This document shows, in pieces, positions 40,518-53,300 of a DNA stretch of 64,000 nt. Source of the stretch: Octopus sinensis (taxonomy: Eukaryota); the NCBI RefSeq assembly GCF_006345805.1, contig NC_042997.1:67642001-67706000 (forward strand), in the 5' to 3' direction. Both the position numbers and the translations under genes were made by a program. The notes beneath the pieces were generated by a model. The model was not told where the DNA came from. It did not search any database and saw only the letters and a list, made by a program, of their open reading frames with translations. Every line of letters starts with the position of its first letter. Position 1 is the first letter of the stretch.

Positions 40518-41718
40518 GCATACATATATATACACACACATATATATACATACATATATATATATTTATACATACATATATATATATATATTTATACATG
40601 CATACATATATATACACACATATATATATGCACATATATACACACATATATACATATCATCATCATCATCGTTTAATGTCCGCTTTCCATGCTAGCATGG
40701 GTTGGACGGTTCAACTGGGGTCTGGGAAGCCCGAAGGCTGCACCAGGCCAGTCAGATCTGGCAGTGTTTCTACAGCTGGATGCCCTTCCTAACGCCAACC
40801 ACTCCGTGGGTGTAGTGGGTGCTTTTTATGTGCCACCGACACAGGTGTCAGACGAGGCTGGCGAACAATTATGCTTGGATGGTGTTTTTTTTGTGCTACC
40901 GACACAGGTGCCAGACGAGGCTGGCGAACGGCCACGCTCGGATGGTGTTTTTTACATGCCACCGGCACGGAGGCCAGGCGAGGCTGGCACGGCCACGATC
41001 GGATGGTGTTTGTTACGTGCCCACAGCACGGAGACCAGTCGATGCGGTACTGGCTATGGCCACGTTCGGATGATACATACAAATATATATATATATACAT
41101 ACATGTATATATCATCATCATCATCATCGTTTAACGTCCGTTCTCCATGCTAGCATGGGTTGGACGGTTCGACCGGGGTTCTGGGAAGCCAGAAGGCTGC
41201 ACCAGGCTCCAGTCTAATCTGGCAATGTTTCTACAGCTGGATGCCCTTTCTAACGCCATATGTATGTATATATATGTATGTATATGTATATATATATGTA
41301 TGTATATGTATATATATGTGTGTGTATATATATATATGTGTATATATATATGTGTATGTATATATATATATGTGTATATATATATGTATATATATATATA
41401 TGTATGTGTATGTATGTATGTGTATATGTATGTATATGTATGTATGTATATATATGTATCTATCTATATGTATGTATATATATGTATGTGTATGTATATA
41501 TATGTATGTGTATGTATGTATGTATATATATGTATGTATATGTATATATATATGTATATATGTGTATATATATATGTGTATATGTGTGTATATATATGTA
41601 TATATATATATATACATGTATGTATATGTGTGTATATATATGTATATGTGTGTATATATATGTATATATATATATATACATGTATGTATATGTGTATATA
41701 TATATATATATGTGTGTG

Positions 41719-41754
<36 letters not shown>

Positions 41755-41760
41755 CATGTA

Positions 41761-41807
<47 letters not shown>

Positions 41808-41814
41808 GCATGTA

Positions 41815-41859
<45 letters not shown>

Positions 41860-41878
41860 GCATGTATGTATATGTGTG

Positions 41879-41909
<31 letters not shown>

Positions 41910-42404
41910 GCATGTATGTATATGTGTGTGTATATATATATGTGTGTGTATATATATATATGTGTGTATATATATATATGTGTATATATATATATATACA
42001 TGTATGTATGTATATATATATGTATATGTATGTATGTATGTATATATATATGTATATGTATGTATGTATGTATATGTATGTATATATATATATATGTATA
42101 TGTATGTATGTATGTATATATATGTATATATATATATATATATATGTATATGTATGTATGTATGTATATGTATATATATGTATATGTATGTATGTATATG
42201 TATGTATGTATATGTGTATGTATGTATGTATATGTATGTATATGTATGTATGTATGTATATGTATGTATATATATATATATGTATATGTATGTATGTGTA
42301 TGTATGTATATATATGTATATGTATGTATATATGTATATGTATGTATATGTATATATGTATATGTATGTATATATATATATGTATATATGTATGTATATA
42401 TATA

Positions 42405-42435
<31 letters not shown>

Positions 42436-42450
42436 GTATACACAAACCTG
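40190..42450. repeat. Complex (TA)/(TG)/(TATG) microsatellite with embedded RTE 3' fragments
   Basis: Directly visible low-complexity sequence; RTE 3'-end fragments on the minus strand at about 40658-41075 and 41112-41257. Confidence 0.97.
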
Positions 42451-42469
42451 AATAAAAATAAAAATAGAA

Positions 42470-45400
42470 ACACACCATGCTGCAGTAATGCTGGTCCAGT
42501 CTTTTCAGGAAGACACAAAAACAACAACAACAAAAGTGGAAACTACAACCCTATCCAACAGTACAACCACACCTCCAGCCAAAAACTGCTCCCTAAGCAG
42601 GAAAATTCTTTTTTAGCCATGTTGAACATGGCAAAAGAGATACACAAAAACATTCTAGCCATCACTCAACACCATCCTGTGCTATTACCCCAGTGCACCA
42701 ATTCCCCACATTGCTGCCACTAACACACACAAAAAATCCAAGCCCCCTGCAACAGTCAAAACCAGCCACTACACTAACCTCCACATTCCTACTCAATGCA
42801 CAAGGTGTCAGCCCTTCCATCAATGCACAAAAATGGAAGGTCCAATTCATTGAAGACTGGGTTGGTAACCATTCACACCACATCCCTTTCTTCATTCTCA
42901 CTGAGACCCACCTTGACAACTCCCACTTGGAAGCTGAAGTGAGAGTGAAGAATTTCACAACCATCCGCGTGGATCGTATCGGCAGGAGGAAGGGTGGAAC
43001 TGCCATTTTCCTGCATGATTCATTTACGGCAGATGGAAATAGTATATTCTCCAACGGCTACTGTGAATCAGTCACCGTGCACAACAAAGCCAATGACCTG
43101 ACAGTAATTGGGCTCTATAGGCCGCCCCAAACACCCATACTGTGCTTTAAAGAATGCCTCAACAGCATTAAGTGCTTTATTCAACAGTGCCATTCTAGCA
43201 ACATACTCATGATGGGAGACTTCAATCTACCCTGTGTTGACTGGACTACAAACTGTTTGAAACCAAGCACTCCCGCCTCAACCGCTGACAAAGAAGCAGC
43301 AGAGTCACTTTTCGACTTTACGAATGAGTTTTTCTTGTCCCAACTTGTCCTTGCACCAAGACATCAGAACATTTTGGACCTAGTGTTTAGTAACCACACT
43401 AACACTATACATAACGTTACAGTGGAAAAAACCCTTCCTTCAGACCATGACATGGTTCTCTGTAACATGAAATTCCACCAGCCGAAAGCTAATCCTAGTG
43501 ACCTCCCTCCAGCCCACCCATTTGACAACATGGATCTCCATAATGCCAACTGGGATGCAATCAGGAACGAGCTATCACATGTTGACTGGTCCTTTACACA
43601 TACACACATCTCCACCAACCATAAAACATCTTGGCAGATCTTTGTAGACACCGTCACAGACATATGTGCAAAACACTCCCCACCAAGACCTGTGAACAAA
43701 AAGTGCAGAATCCCCCAAAACAGAAAAACCATTATCAGAAAAATAAAAAGAACAAACAAAAAAATTAACAAACTAAAGTACTGCCAACAGCAACACACAC
43801 ATTCGATGGCTATCGCACTGCTTGAATCCAAAAAATATAACCTCCAACAATGCATGAAGACCCTCATCAATAAACAAAGATCAGCTGAGGAGAAGTGGGC
43901 CATTGAAAAAATCAAACTCAACCCCAAAGTGTTCTTTTCATTTGCGAGGAAACGCAGGGTCACTGTCTCCACTGTTGGCCCTCTAATTGACGAAACTGGC
44001 ACTCTCCAAGATAATGCCAAATCCATGGCCGAGATACTGCAGAAACAATACTGCTCTGTTTTCAGCAATCCTGATATGGCCGATCTGGGCTGTATCAGTG
44101 ATGTCAACCCCCAACACACTATATCGGACATAACGTTTAGTGCCCCTGATGTCTTAGCGGCGATAAACGAAATAAAACACAATTCAGCAGTAGGCCCCGA
44201 TAGGTTCCCTGCTTGTGTCCTGAAGGTGTGTCGACAACAACTTGCATCTCCCCTTGCTAATCTGTGGAGAAACTCACTGGATGCTGGCTATATTCCAAAA
44301 AACCTTCTGTCCCAGTCTGTTGTCCCAGTTTTCAAAAAGGGAAACAAGTCCCTTGCAGTGAACTACCGTCCGATCTCACTCACCTCTCATATCATCAAGG
44401 TATTTGAGAGGGTGGTGAGATCTCGAATAACCCAATTTCTGGAAAGCAACAGACGGCTGATCTCCAACCAACATGGGTTCCGTAATGGAAGGGACTGCCT
44501 AACGCAGCTCCTGCATTACTTTGATGACATTTTGAGAGCTTTAGGAGAGGGCTCCAACACCGATGTCATCTACCTTGATTTCAGTAAGGCCTTTGACAGG
44601 GTCGATCACAAGATCCTATTGAAAAAACTATCCAACATTGGTGTCTCTGGAAAGTTACTGAAATGGATCAAGTGTTTCCTGACAGACAGATCTCAACATG
44701 TTGTAGTTGAAGGGGTAAAATCAAACCCAGCCAAAGTCAGTAGTGGGCCCACTTCTTTTCATCATTTACATGCTGGGCCCACTTCTTTTCATCATTTACA
44801 TTAATGACATTAATGACATCATCAAGCACAGCAACATAAAAATTTTTGCAGATGATTCCAAGCTACAGAAGGTCATAAATGAGGCGAGTGACCGGACATG
44901 CCTTCAGTCAGATCTACTGGCTGTTATCCAATGGGCAGAAAAAAACAATATGCTGCTGAACGAGGATAAATTTGAGTTAATCCACTTTGGAAAAGAGGAT
45001 GCCCTGAAACTCCCATACTCCCTTCCTTCAGATGAAACTCTCGCAGCGTCCAACAACATCAGAGACCTGGGAGTAATTGTGGACAACAACATAAGCTGGG
45101 CCACTCATACAAACACCAAAGTTGACATGGCCCGCAGAATGTGTTCCTGGATTCTCAGAACTTTCCAGTCGAGAGATATCCACACCATTATCCTTCTCTT
45201 CTCCACTTTTGCCCGACCCCACCTTGAATACTATTGTCCACTGTGGTCTCCCCACACAATACAAGGTATCATAAAAGTTGAAGCACCTCAAAGGGCAATC
45301 ACAAAAAAGATAGATGGCATGACAGGCCTCGACTATTGGGGTCGACTAGAAAAGCTAAAACTTTATTCTCTCCAACGTCGTCGTGAGCGCTACATCATCT

Positions 45401-45805
45401 GCATGATGTGGAAAATATTCCATCAGCATTGCCCAAATGATGTTGGCATCACCTTCAGGGTACATCCAAGGCTTGGGCCCCGTGCCATCCGCCCAAAACA
45501 AAAATCGCACTCTCATCTCATAACAACAATACGGCACAATTATTTCACCTCAATTGGCCCCGCTCTCTTTAACATTACACCAAAACACATTAAAACAGAA
45601 ACTGACCCTATAGGGTTCAAGAAGTCTTTGGACAGATTCCTTCAAGAAATCCCAGATAAACCCCCTACACCCGGATATGTCTCTGTAAACAATAACTCTC
45701 TACTTGAGTGGGCCATAGTGCCCAAATTCTGACTTGAAAGACTTCACCAGGTGGTGCTATTAAGTTAGACATGGCCTGGGCCAATAATGGCCGAAACCTA
45801 TCAAA
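42470..45805 (+). mobile_element. CR1-type LINE ORF2 (APE + RT), one frameshift
   Basis: ORF 42693-44804 (TETHL, YRPP, MGDFN, SDH, NYRPISLTS, YLDFSKAFD) and ORF 44743-45732 (KIFADDSKL, RDLGV, RPHLEY, YSLQRRRER). Confidence 0.92.
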
Positions 45806-46062
45806 GTATATATGTATATTTATGTATATATATATGTATATGTATGTATATATGTATATGTATGTATGTATATATGTATATGTATGTATGTATATATGTA
45901 TATGTATGTATATATATATGTATATGTATGTATATATATATGTATATGTATGTATATGTATGTGTGTATATATATGTATATGTATGTGTGTATATATATG
46001 TATATGTATGTGTGTATATATATGTATATGTATGTGTGTATATATATGTATATGTATGTATG

Positions 46063-46099
<37 letters not shown>

Positions 46100-46274
46100 G
46101 TATGTATATATGTGTGTGTGTATATATATATATATGTATGTATATATATATATGTATATATATATGTGTGTGTATGTATATATATATATGTGTGTGTATG
46201 TATATATATATATGTGTATATATATATGTGTGTGTATGTATATATATATATATGTATATATATATATGTGTGTG

Positions 46275-46305
<31 letters not shown>

Positions 46306-46453
46306 GTGTGTGTATGTATATATATATGTATATAAAATATTATTTGAGACAAAACCACTATTTTGCAAAACAAACAAGGAAAGACTTAATCAATACATAA
46401 AATTTAATAAATAGTCATAAATATATATGTATATATATATATGTGTGTGTATG

Positions 46454-46484
<31 letters not shown>

Positions 46485-46575
46485 GTGTGTATGTATATAT
46501 ATATGTGTGTGTATGTATATATATGTGTATGTATATATATATTATGCATATATGTATATATATATATATATATCA
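45806..46575. repeat. Complex TA/TG microsatellite
   Basis: Directly visible low-complexity tract. Confidence 0.95.
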
Positions 46576-46963
46576 CATCACATGACTGCTGGTCTCAATG
46601 TGCTTCACATTGTTTTAGCCTTCAAATGATGCCACCATGCAGAAGAAAGATTGAGAGAAAGTTGTGGTGAAAGAGTAGAGCAAAGATTGCCACCATCCCC
46701 TGCTGAAGTCTCGTGGAACTTTATATGTGTGTGTGTATATATATATTTATATACAAAATAAGAAATGGAGGAATACACACACACTGACTATTGCAATGCA
46801 ATTACTTTAGTCCCAACATGTATGATCCCCAATCGTAATTGCCAAAAAGTACAATTCAGGTGAAGCATAGTCGTTATATTTAAATAATTGTTTGTGGTTG
46901 TAGAAGAAATGTATTGTTTGTAACAATTTTGTGAAATAGTTTGTTTTTATCTTCTCTTTCTAG

Positions 46964-46991
46964 CTTATTATAATGGTGGGATATCCTGCAG
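46964..46991 (+). CDS. PNKP: PNKP coding exon 12 (28-nt exon, first half of P-loop)
   Basis: LIIMVGYPA; long pyrimidine tract ending tttctag| and G|gtatgt, phase 1. Confidence 0.92.
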
Positions 46992-48313
46992 GTATGTACT
47001 CTTTCTCAAGTGGATTACTTTGTTCATGTTTTACCTTTGTCCCAAATTTATTTTTTTATATGATAGTGTGGCAACACAAATTGATCAATTAAACAAGGTA
47101 ATGAAATACTGCTGTTTTTTGCAACCTTTTACTGTTAAGGGATTTTTTAGCTAGCTGTGACATTTTATGATGTAATGAATACAATTTCCTCTGAGAAAAG
47201 AAACACCTCTCTCTTTCTCTTTCCCCCTCTCATCATTACCATGGTCTGCACTTCGATAAATAAAAAATAATTCCAGTCACGTCTAACAATATGTAGACAG
47301 GTCAGGAATGTTATATTTATCATTTTTATTCTTTTTTATTGTACTCATTGTAGAAAAGGCAACAAGAAAGCAAGATATTGTATTAAGAGCTCAACTCATT
47401 TGAATTGAATTTATTTACATAAAGTTTATCTAATAATTAGGTTATAAAAGCAAGATACATTATTCCACAAAGTGGGAATAATTCTCTATTTGCTTGTTCT
47501 CAGATCATATAACAAGTTAGTATGTGTTCAGGAGCTAAAAGCATTTTGAGCCCTAATTATGAAGCTCAGTCTTAATTGCTGCCATATTGCATAATGTAAC
47601 GAATAATTTCTCTGATGCTGTTTTTTTTTTTTTTTTTTAGCAGATGAACTGGTATGTGTCTCAGAACTGGTTTTAGATAAAACTCTCTCTCTTTTAATGT
47701 TACCAGTTTATTAATTAGCAGTTAATTAATAATGATTTTTAATTGTTACAAGTTAATAGATGTATTGGAATACATCAATGGCATTTAATGAAAAATCTTG
47801 AAAGGCCCTAAAATTTTGGGAGATATGCTGGTTATGAATTTTGATGCACCAAACAGAAAACACAGTTTATTGTGCATTAGCAATACTCTCTGACCATTGT
47901 GTATATACACATTCAAGAACATTACAATAACACCTTCCAGAATATAGTTGTTGCAGTTATTAGGAGTATACAATGGGAGAATCAAAAATGTATATATTAA
48001 CCTTTAAAATCACAAATTAACACCTATGAAGTCTTGTCGAAAGTTCAACTGATTTAAATATCTCACTTAACCCTTCTTGTTATGCAAATTGTAGCAGGTT
48101 TTTTAAATTTATTCTTTCTTTCAATAAAATTTTTTTCATTGTTAAGGTTATGTAATTATAGTGTAAATTCATTTTTCTTTGTGTTCAGTGTTTTAATGGC
48201 TTTCATCACCCTTTTCATTTAATTTACAAAGAGCTTGTTAATTTGAAGCTATGATTTTAAAAATATTTTTTATGTATTTTGTTTTTTTTACATTTTTCAA
48301 ATTTCAATTCCAG

Positions 48314-48375
48314 CTGGAAAAAGTACCCTTGTAAAAGCTTATCTTGAGCCTGCTAACTATGTTCAAATTAATCGT
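48314..48375 (+). CDS. PNKP: PNKP coding exon 13 (Walker A second half)
   Basis: (A)GKSTLVKAYLEPANYVQINR; ttccag| and |gtaagt; completes GYPAAGKST. Confidence 0.95.
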
Positions 48376-49514
48376 GTAAGTATGTATTTTTTCCCTTAAA
48401 TTTTCTTTGCAGGCAACAGTTTGACACAATGGTAAATTGTTGGTAAACCAAATCTAATAGTTGGTTTTAATCTCCATTTGCAATCACTTCAGTTAAGTAA
48501 CTAATAGAAAAAAAAGAAGCAAAAACAACAAAAAGGTGCAGATGTGTCTGCGTGGTAAAAAGCTTATTTCCCAACCACATGATTCCAGGTCCACTCCACC
48601 TCATGAGACCTTGGGCAAGTTTTTCTACTATAGCCTCAAGCCGACCAAAGCTTTGTGAGTGGATCTGATAGCCAGAAGCTGAAAACAAGCCCATTTTATT
48701 AATATATATTTATATATGAATACATGTGTGTCTGTATTTGTCCTCCACTGCCACTTGACAACTGGTGTTGGTGTGTTTATGTCACCGTAACTTAGCAGTT
48801 CTGCAAAAGAGACCAATAGAATAAGTACCAGACTTAAAAAAAAAAAAGTACCAGGGTTGATTCCTTCAACTAAAAATTCTGCAAGTCAGTGCTTCAGCTA
48901 AAGATAAAAGATAAATGCTTTACCTTTTCATGTACCTCATCTTCCCTGTAAATTGGAAGACTCTATATCAAAATTTTTTTAAATGTGTAGAGTCAACACA
49001 AATTAAATTGTTGAATTTTATCATTATAGGTTTATTGCTACAAGATTTTGTGTTCAAAGTTTGCCATGTTCAGATTTATTTTTCCTCATAGTTAACTAGC
49101 AGAGATACCCAGCATTGCTCAGGATTAAAATGGCATAGTTTTTTATTGTTTTACTTGTTTCAGTCATGTGATTTTGGCCGTGCTGGAGCACTGCCTTTAG
49201 TCGAGCAAATCAACCCCAAGATTTATTCTTTGTAAGCCTAGTATGTATTCTATCGGTGTCTTTTGCTGAAGCTGTAAGTTATGGGGATGTAAACACAGTA
49301 ACATCGGTTGTTAAGCGATGGTGGGGGTAGAAACACAAACACGCACATACATGCACACACACACATGCACGCGCACACACATGCATACACACGCACACAC
49401 ACACACACACGCACACAAACAAATATACACACATATATATATATATATGACAGTCTTTCAGTTTCCGTGTATGAAATCCACTAACAGGACAATGGTCGGC
49501 CTGAGGCTATAGTG

Positions 49515-49552
<38 letters not shown>

Positions 49553-49581
49553 TGCACACATGTATATATATGTATATCAGT

Positions 49582-49958
49582 GCTGGTGGCACATAAGAGA
49601 ACCATCCGAACGTGGCCGTTGCCAGTGCCGCCCTGACTGGCTTCCGTGCCAGTGGCACGTAAAAAGCACCATCCGATCGTGGCTGTTTGCCAGCCTCGCC
49701 TGACCTCTGTGCCGGTGGCACGTAAAAAGCACCATCCGACCGTGGCCGTTTGCCAGACTTGTCTGGCACCTGTGCAGGTGGCACGTAAAAAGCACCCACT
49801 ACACTCATGGAGTGGTTGGCGTTAGGAAGGGCATCCAGCCGTAGAAACATTGCCAGATCAGACTGGGCCTGGTGCAGCCTTCTGGCTTCCCAGACCCCAG
49901 TTGCACCGTCCAACCCATGCCAGCTTGGAAAGCGGACGCTAAACGATGATGATGGTGA
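49582..49958 (+). mobile_element. RTE 3'-end fragment (similar fragments near 30640-30873 + and 33955-34270 -)
   Basis: Same ggcac...caccatccga sub-units and gttaggaagggcatccagc...ccaacccatgc...(gat)n end as 17960-18133. Confidence 0.85.
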
Positions 49959-50346
49959 TGTATATATATATATATATAATTAAAACAGTAAATAATAAAT
50001 ATATATATGGGTATGTATATACCAATAACTATATGCAAACAGCATGAAATGCATAAACAACGAGAGAGAAAAAATGGTAAAGAGGACATGTAAACACAGA
50101 AATGACCCTTCATCAGTTGTTAGCTCTCTATCTACCCCTCATTTCGAGCATTCAATGACAATACGAGCCTTTAAAGACAGTTGCTCCTATAAATTCTAAA
50201 ATAAAATTTAGGATGTATGGGGGGTCAAAGTTGGGAACAAAAACAGGACAGTAGAGATATGCAAAGAAACCGAACAAAAACAAATATGGAGGGTCGTCAG
50301 ACCAGAACAAGAGGAGAATAGTGAACTCTGGGAGAAATACATATAT

Positions 50347-53300
50347 CATCATCATCATCATCATCATCGTTTAACGTCCGCTTTCCGCGCTAGCACGGGT
50401 TGGACGGTTCGACCGGGTCTGGGAAGCCAGGGGCTGCTCCAGGCTCCAGTCTGAATCTGGCAGAGTTTCTACGGCTGGATGCCCTTCCTAACGCCAACCA
50501 CTCCGTGAGTGGATTGGGTGCTTTTTACGTGCCACCTGCACAGGGGCCGGAGGGTCCGGCATCGTCACGATCGGTTCGAGCATTTTAACGTGTCAGCGGC
50601 ACGGGGGCAACGAGGTCCGGGGTACTTTGGGGATCGGGGTACTTTGGGGATCCAGGGTACTTTGGGGATCCGGGGTACTTAGAATGGGTAGGGGGTATGT
50701 GGAATTGCTGCAGAAAGCAGCCCGGGTCTTTGTAGTCACAGCATATCTCCAGAGATCTCGGTCCTTCGCCATTGCCTCAGTGAGGCCCAATGCTCTGAGG
50801 TCATGCTTGACCACCTCATCCCATGTCTTCCTGGGTCTACCTCTCCCCCTGATACCTTCAACTGTTTGGGAGTGGCACTTCTTCACCCATCTCTCTTCAT
50901 CCATCCGCAGCACATGACCATACCATCGCAAGCGTCGCTCTTGCACACCACATCTGATGCTTCTTATATCCAGCATTTCTCTCAGGATACTTACACTCTG
51001 TTTTGCGTGCACACTGACACTACACATCCAGCGGATCATGCTAGCTTCATTTCTTTCAAGTCTACGCATGTCTTCTGCAGTCACAGCCCATGTTTCATTA
51101 CCGTGAAGCATGGCAGTTCGCACACATGCATCATACAATCTACCTTTTGCTCTGAGGGAGAGACCTTTTGTTGCCAGTAGGGGTAGGAGCTTTCTGAACT
51201 TTGCCCAGGCTATTCGTATTCTAGTGGTGATACTCTCTGTGCATCCACCTCCGCTACTAACTTGGTCACCCAGGTAGCGGAAACTATCAACTACTTCTAG
51301 TTTCTCTCCCTGGAGTGTGATGGAATCTGTTTTCTGAGTGTCTGTTGTGTCTATTGTCCCTGTGCATCTGCCGCACATGAAAGCTATCTTATCTGTTAAT
51401 TTCCCTTTAATGTTGCTGCACCTCTTATGTGCCCATAACTTACATTGGGTGCATCTTATGGAGTTTCTACCTGTACCTTTCCTACAGGTTGAGCAGGGCC
51501 ACCTACCCGAGGGGATGTGTGCTGAGTACCTCTTGCTGCTTACTAATACTTTGGTCTTTGCTACATTTATTCTAAGGCCCTTTGATTCCAACCCTTGCTT
51601 CCACACCCGAAATTTCTCTTCTAGTTCCGGTAGTGATTCTGCTATGAGAGCTAGGTCATCGGCATAGAGGAGCTCCCAGGGGCATCCCGTTTTGAATTCC
51701 TCTGTTATTGCCTGAAGGACTATGATGAATAAAAGGGGACTGAGGGCTGAGCCCTGGTGCACACCTACTTCTACCCAGAATTCTTCACTATATTCGTTGC
51801 CAATCCTAACCTTGCTGACAGCCTCTCTGTATAGAGCCTGTACAGCCCTTATTAGCCATTCTTCAATCTCCAGTTTCCGCATCGACCACCAGATTAGGGA
51901 ACGGGGAACCCTGTCAAAGGCTTTCTCCAAGTCTACAAAAGCTATGTAGAGGGGTTTATCTTTAGCTAGGTACTTCTCCTGCAGTTGTCGGACCAGGAAT
52001 ATAGCATCAGTGGTGCTTCTACCTGGTACAAAACCGAACTGCATTTCATCTAAACAAATTCTCTCCCTAATGAGATTGGTTATGACCTTCTCTGAGACCT
52101 TCATCACCTGGTCCAACAGTTTGATACCTCTGTAGTTATTTCTATCTAGAGCATCACCCTTACCCTTGTAGCAGTTGACTATGGTGCTGCTGCACCAGTC
52201 ATTGGGTATGACTCCATTGTGAACTACCTGGTTTACAATGCGGGTGACTATGGCATAGCCCACATAGCCAGCTGTTTTAAGCATCTCAGCAGTGATTCCT
52301 GATAGGCCAGGGGCTTTGCCTGGTTTCATATCCTTAATTGCCTTATCTACAAGGGAGCTGTCTATTCGGGTAGCTGGTCCCTCTACTGGGTCAACATTTG
52401 GCAGGCTCTCCTCCTCCCATTCATTCTCCTCATTCAGCAGTCTTTCATAATGGCTTCTCCAAGCCTCTTTCTTTTCACTAGTAGTAAAAGCAAGTGCCCC
52501 ATCATCCATGCGGACACATTTCTCTCCTATAACATCGCTATTTTCTCTGACACACTGTCTGGCAATCCGAAATACTTCAGCTCTTTGATCCTCGCGACGC
52601 TGGACATTGGCAAACTTCTTCTTTTCTGCTACATCTTTGGCAATGTATACCTGCCGCCCAGCCTCCCTTTTGGCTATCTGGTACAGTTCCCTGCTGCCCC
52701 CATCCTTCCAGGCTTTCCAGGCCCGTCTCTTTTCACAGATGGCTTTATCTACTGCACTATTCCACCACCACGTAATTCTAGGTCTGGAAGGGACTTTGCA
52801 CCATCCACAGACTTGGTCTGTGGCACTCAACAAGCTGTCCCGTAGGAATTCCCAGCTACCTTCTATGTCTGACGTCTCAAGCTCCTCCTCCCTCTCATCA
52901 AATTTCTTGATGAGTATGTCCCTAAATTTCTGACCATGCGAAGGGTTCTTTAGCCTCCAAATCCTTCTTTTCTGGATTGGTTTGTTTCTTGGAGTCCTTC
53001 TGGCCTCAAGCTTAAAGTCACTGATGATTAATCTATGCTGAGGGATACATTCTTCACCCGGGAGGGTCTTTGTATTCAAGAGCAACCCTGCATCCCGTTG
53101 TCTGGTGAGGATGAAGTCTATTTGGCTAGCGGAGTCTCCTGACTGATATGTTATAAGGTGGCAGACTGGCTTCTTGAAGTTAGTGTTGCAGATTGAAAGG
53201 TTACATGCATCACAGAATTCCAGCAGTCTAGTTCCCTCATCATTTCTGGTGCCAATACCATAGCCACCATGTACCCCAGTGAAGATACCCGATTCCCGCC

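Larger units (their letters stand above)
5212..48375 (+). other. PNKP: PNKP gene span (coding exons 1-13 of a longer gene; 3' kinase exons lie beyond the window)
   Basis: 13 exons with GT-AG boundaries and consistent phases join into FHA + linker + HAD phosphatase + P-loop kinase, colinear with the known PNKP architecture. Confidence 0.96.

Noticed and set aside
40085-42723. Long ORFs (up to 487 aa) rich in Y/I/C/V/M/H
   Set aside because: Translations of TA/TG microsatellite that lack stops by composition; the same applies to 45771-46670, 56373-57613 and 63081-63793
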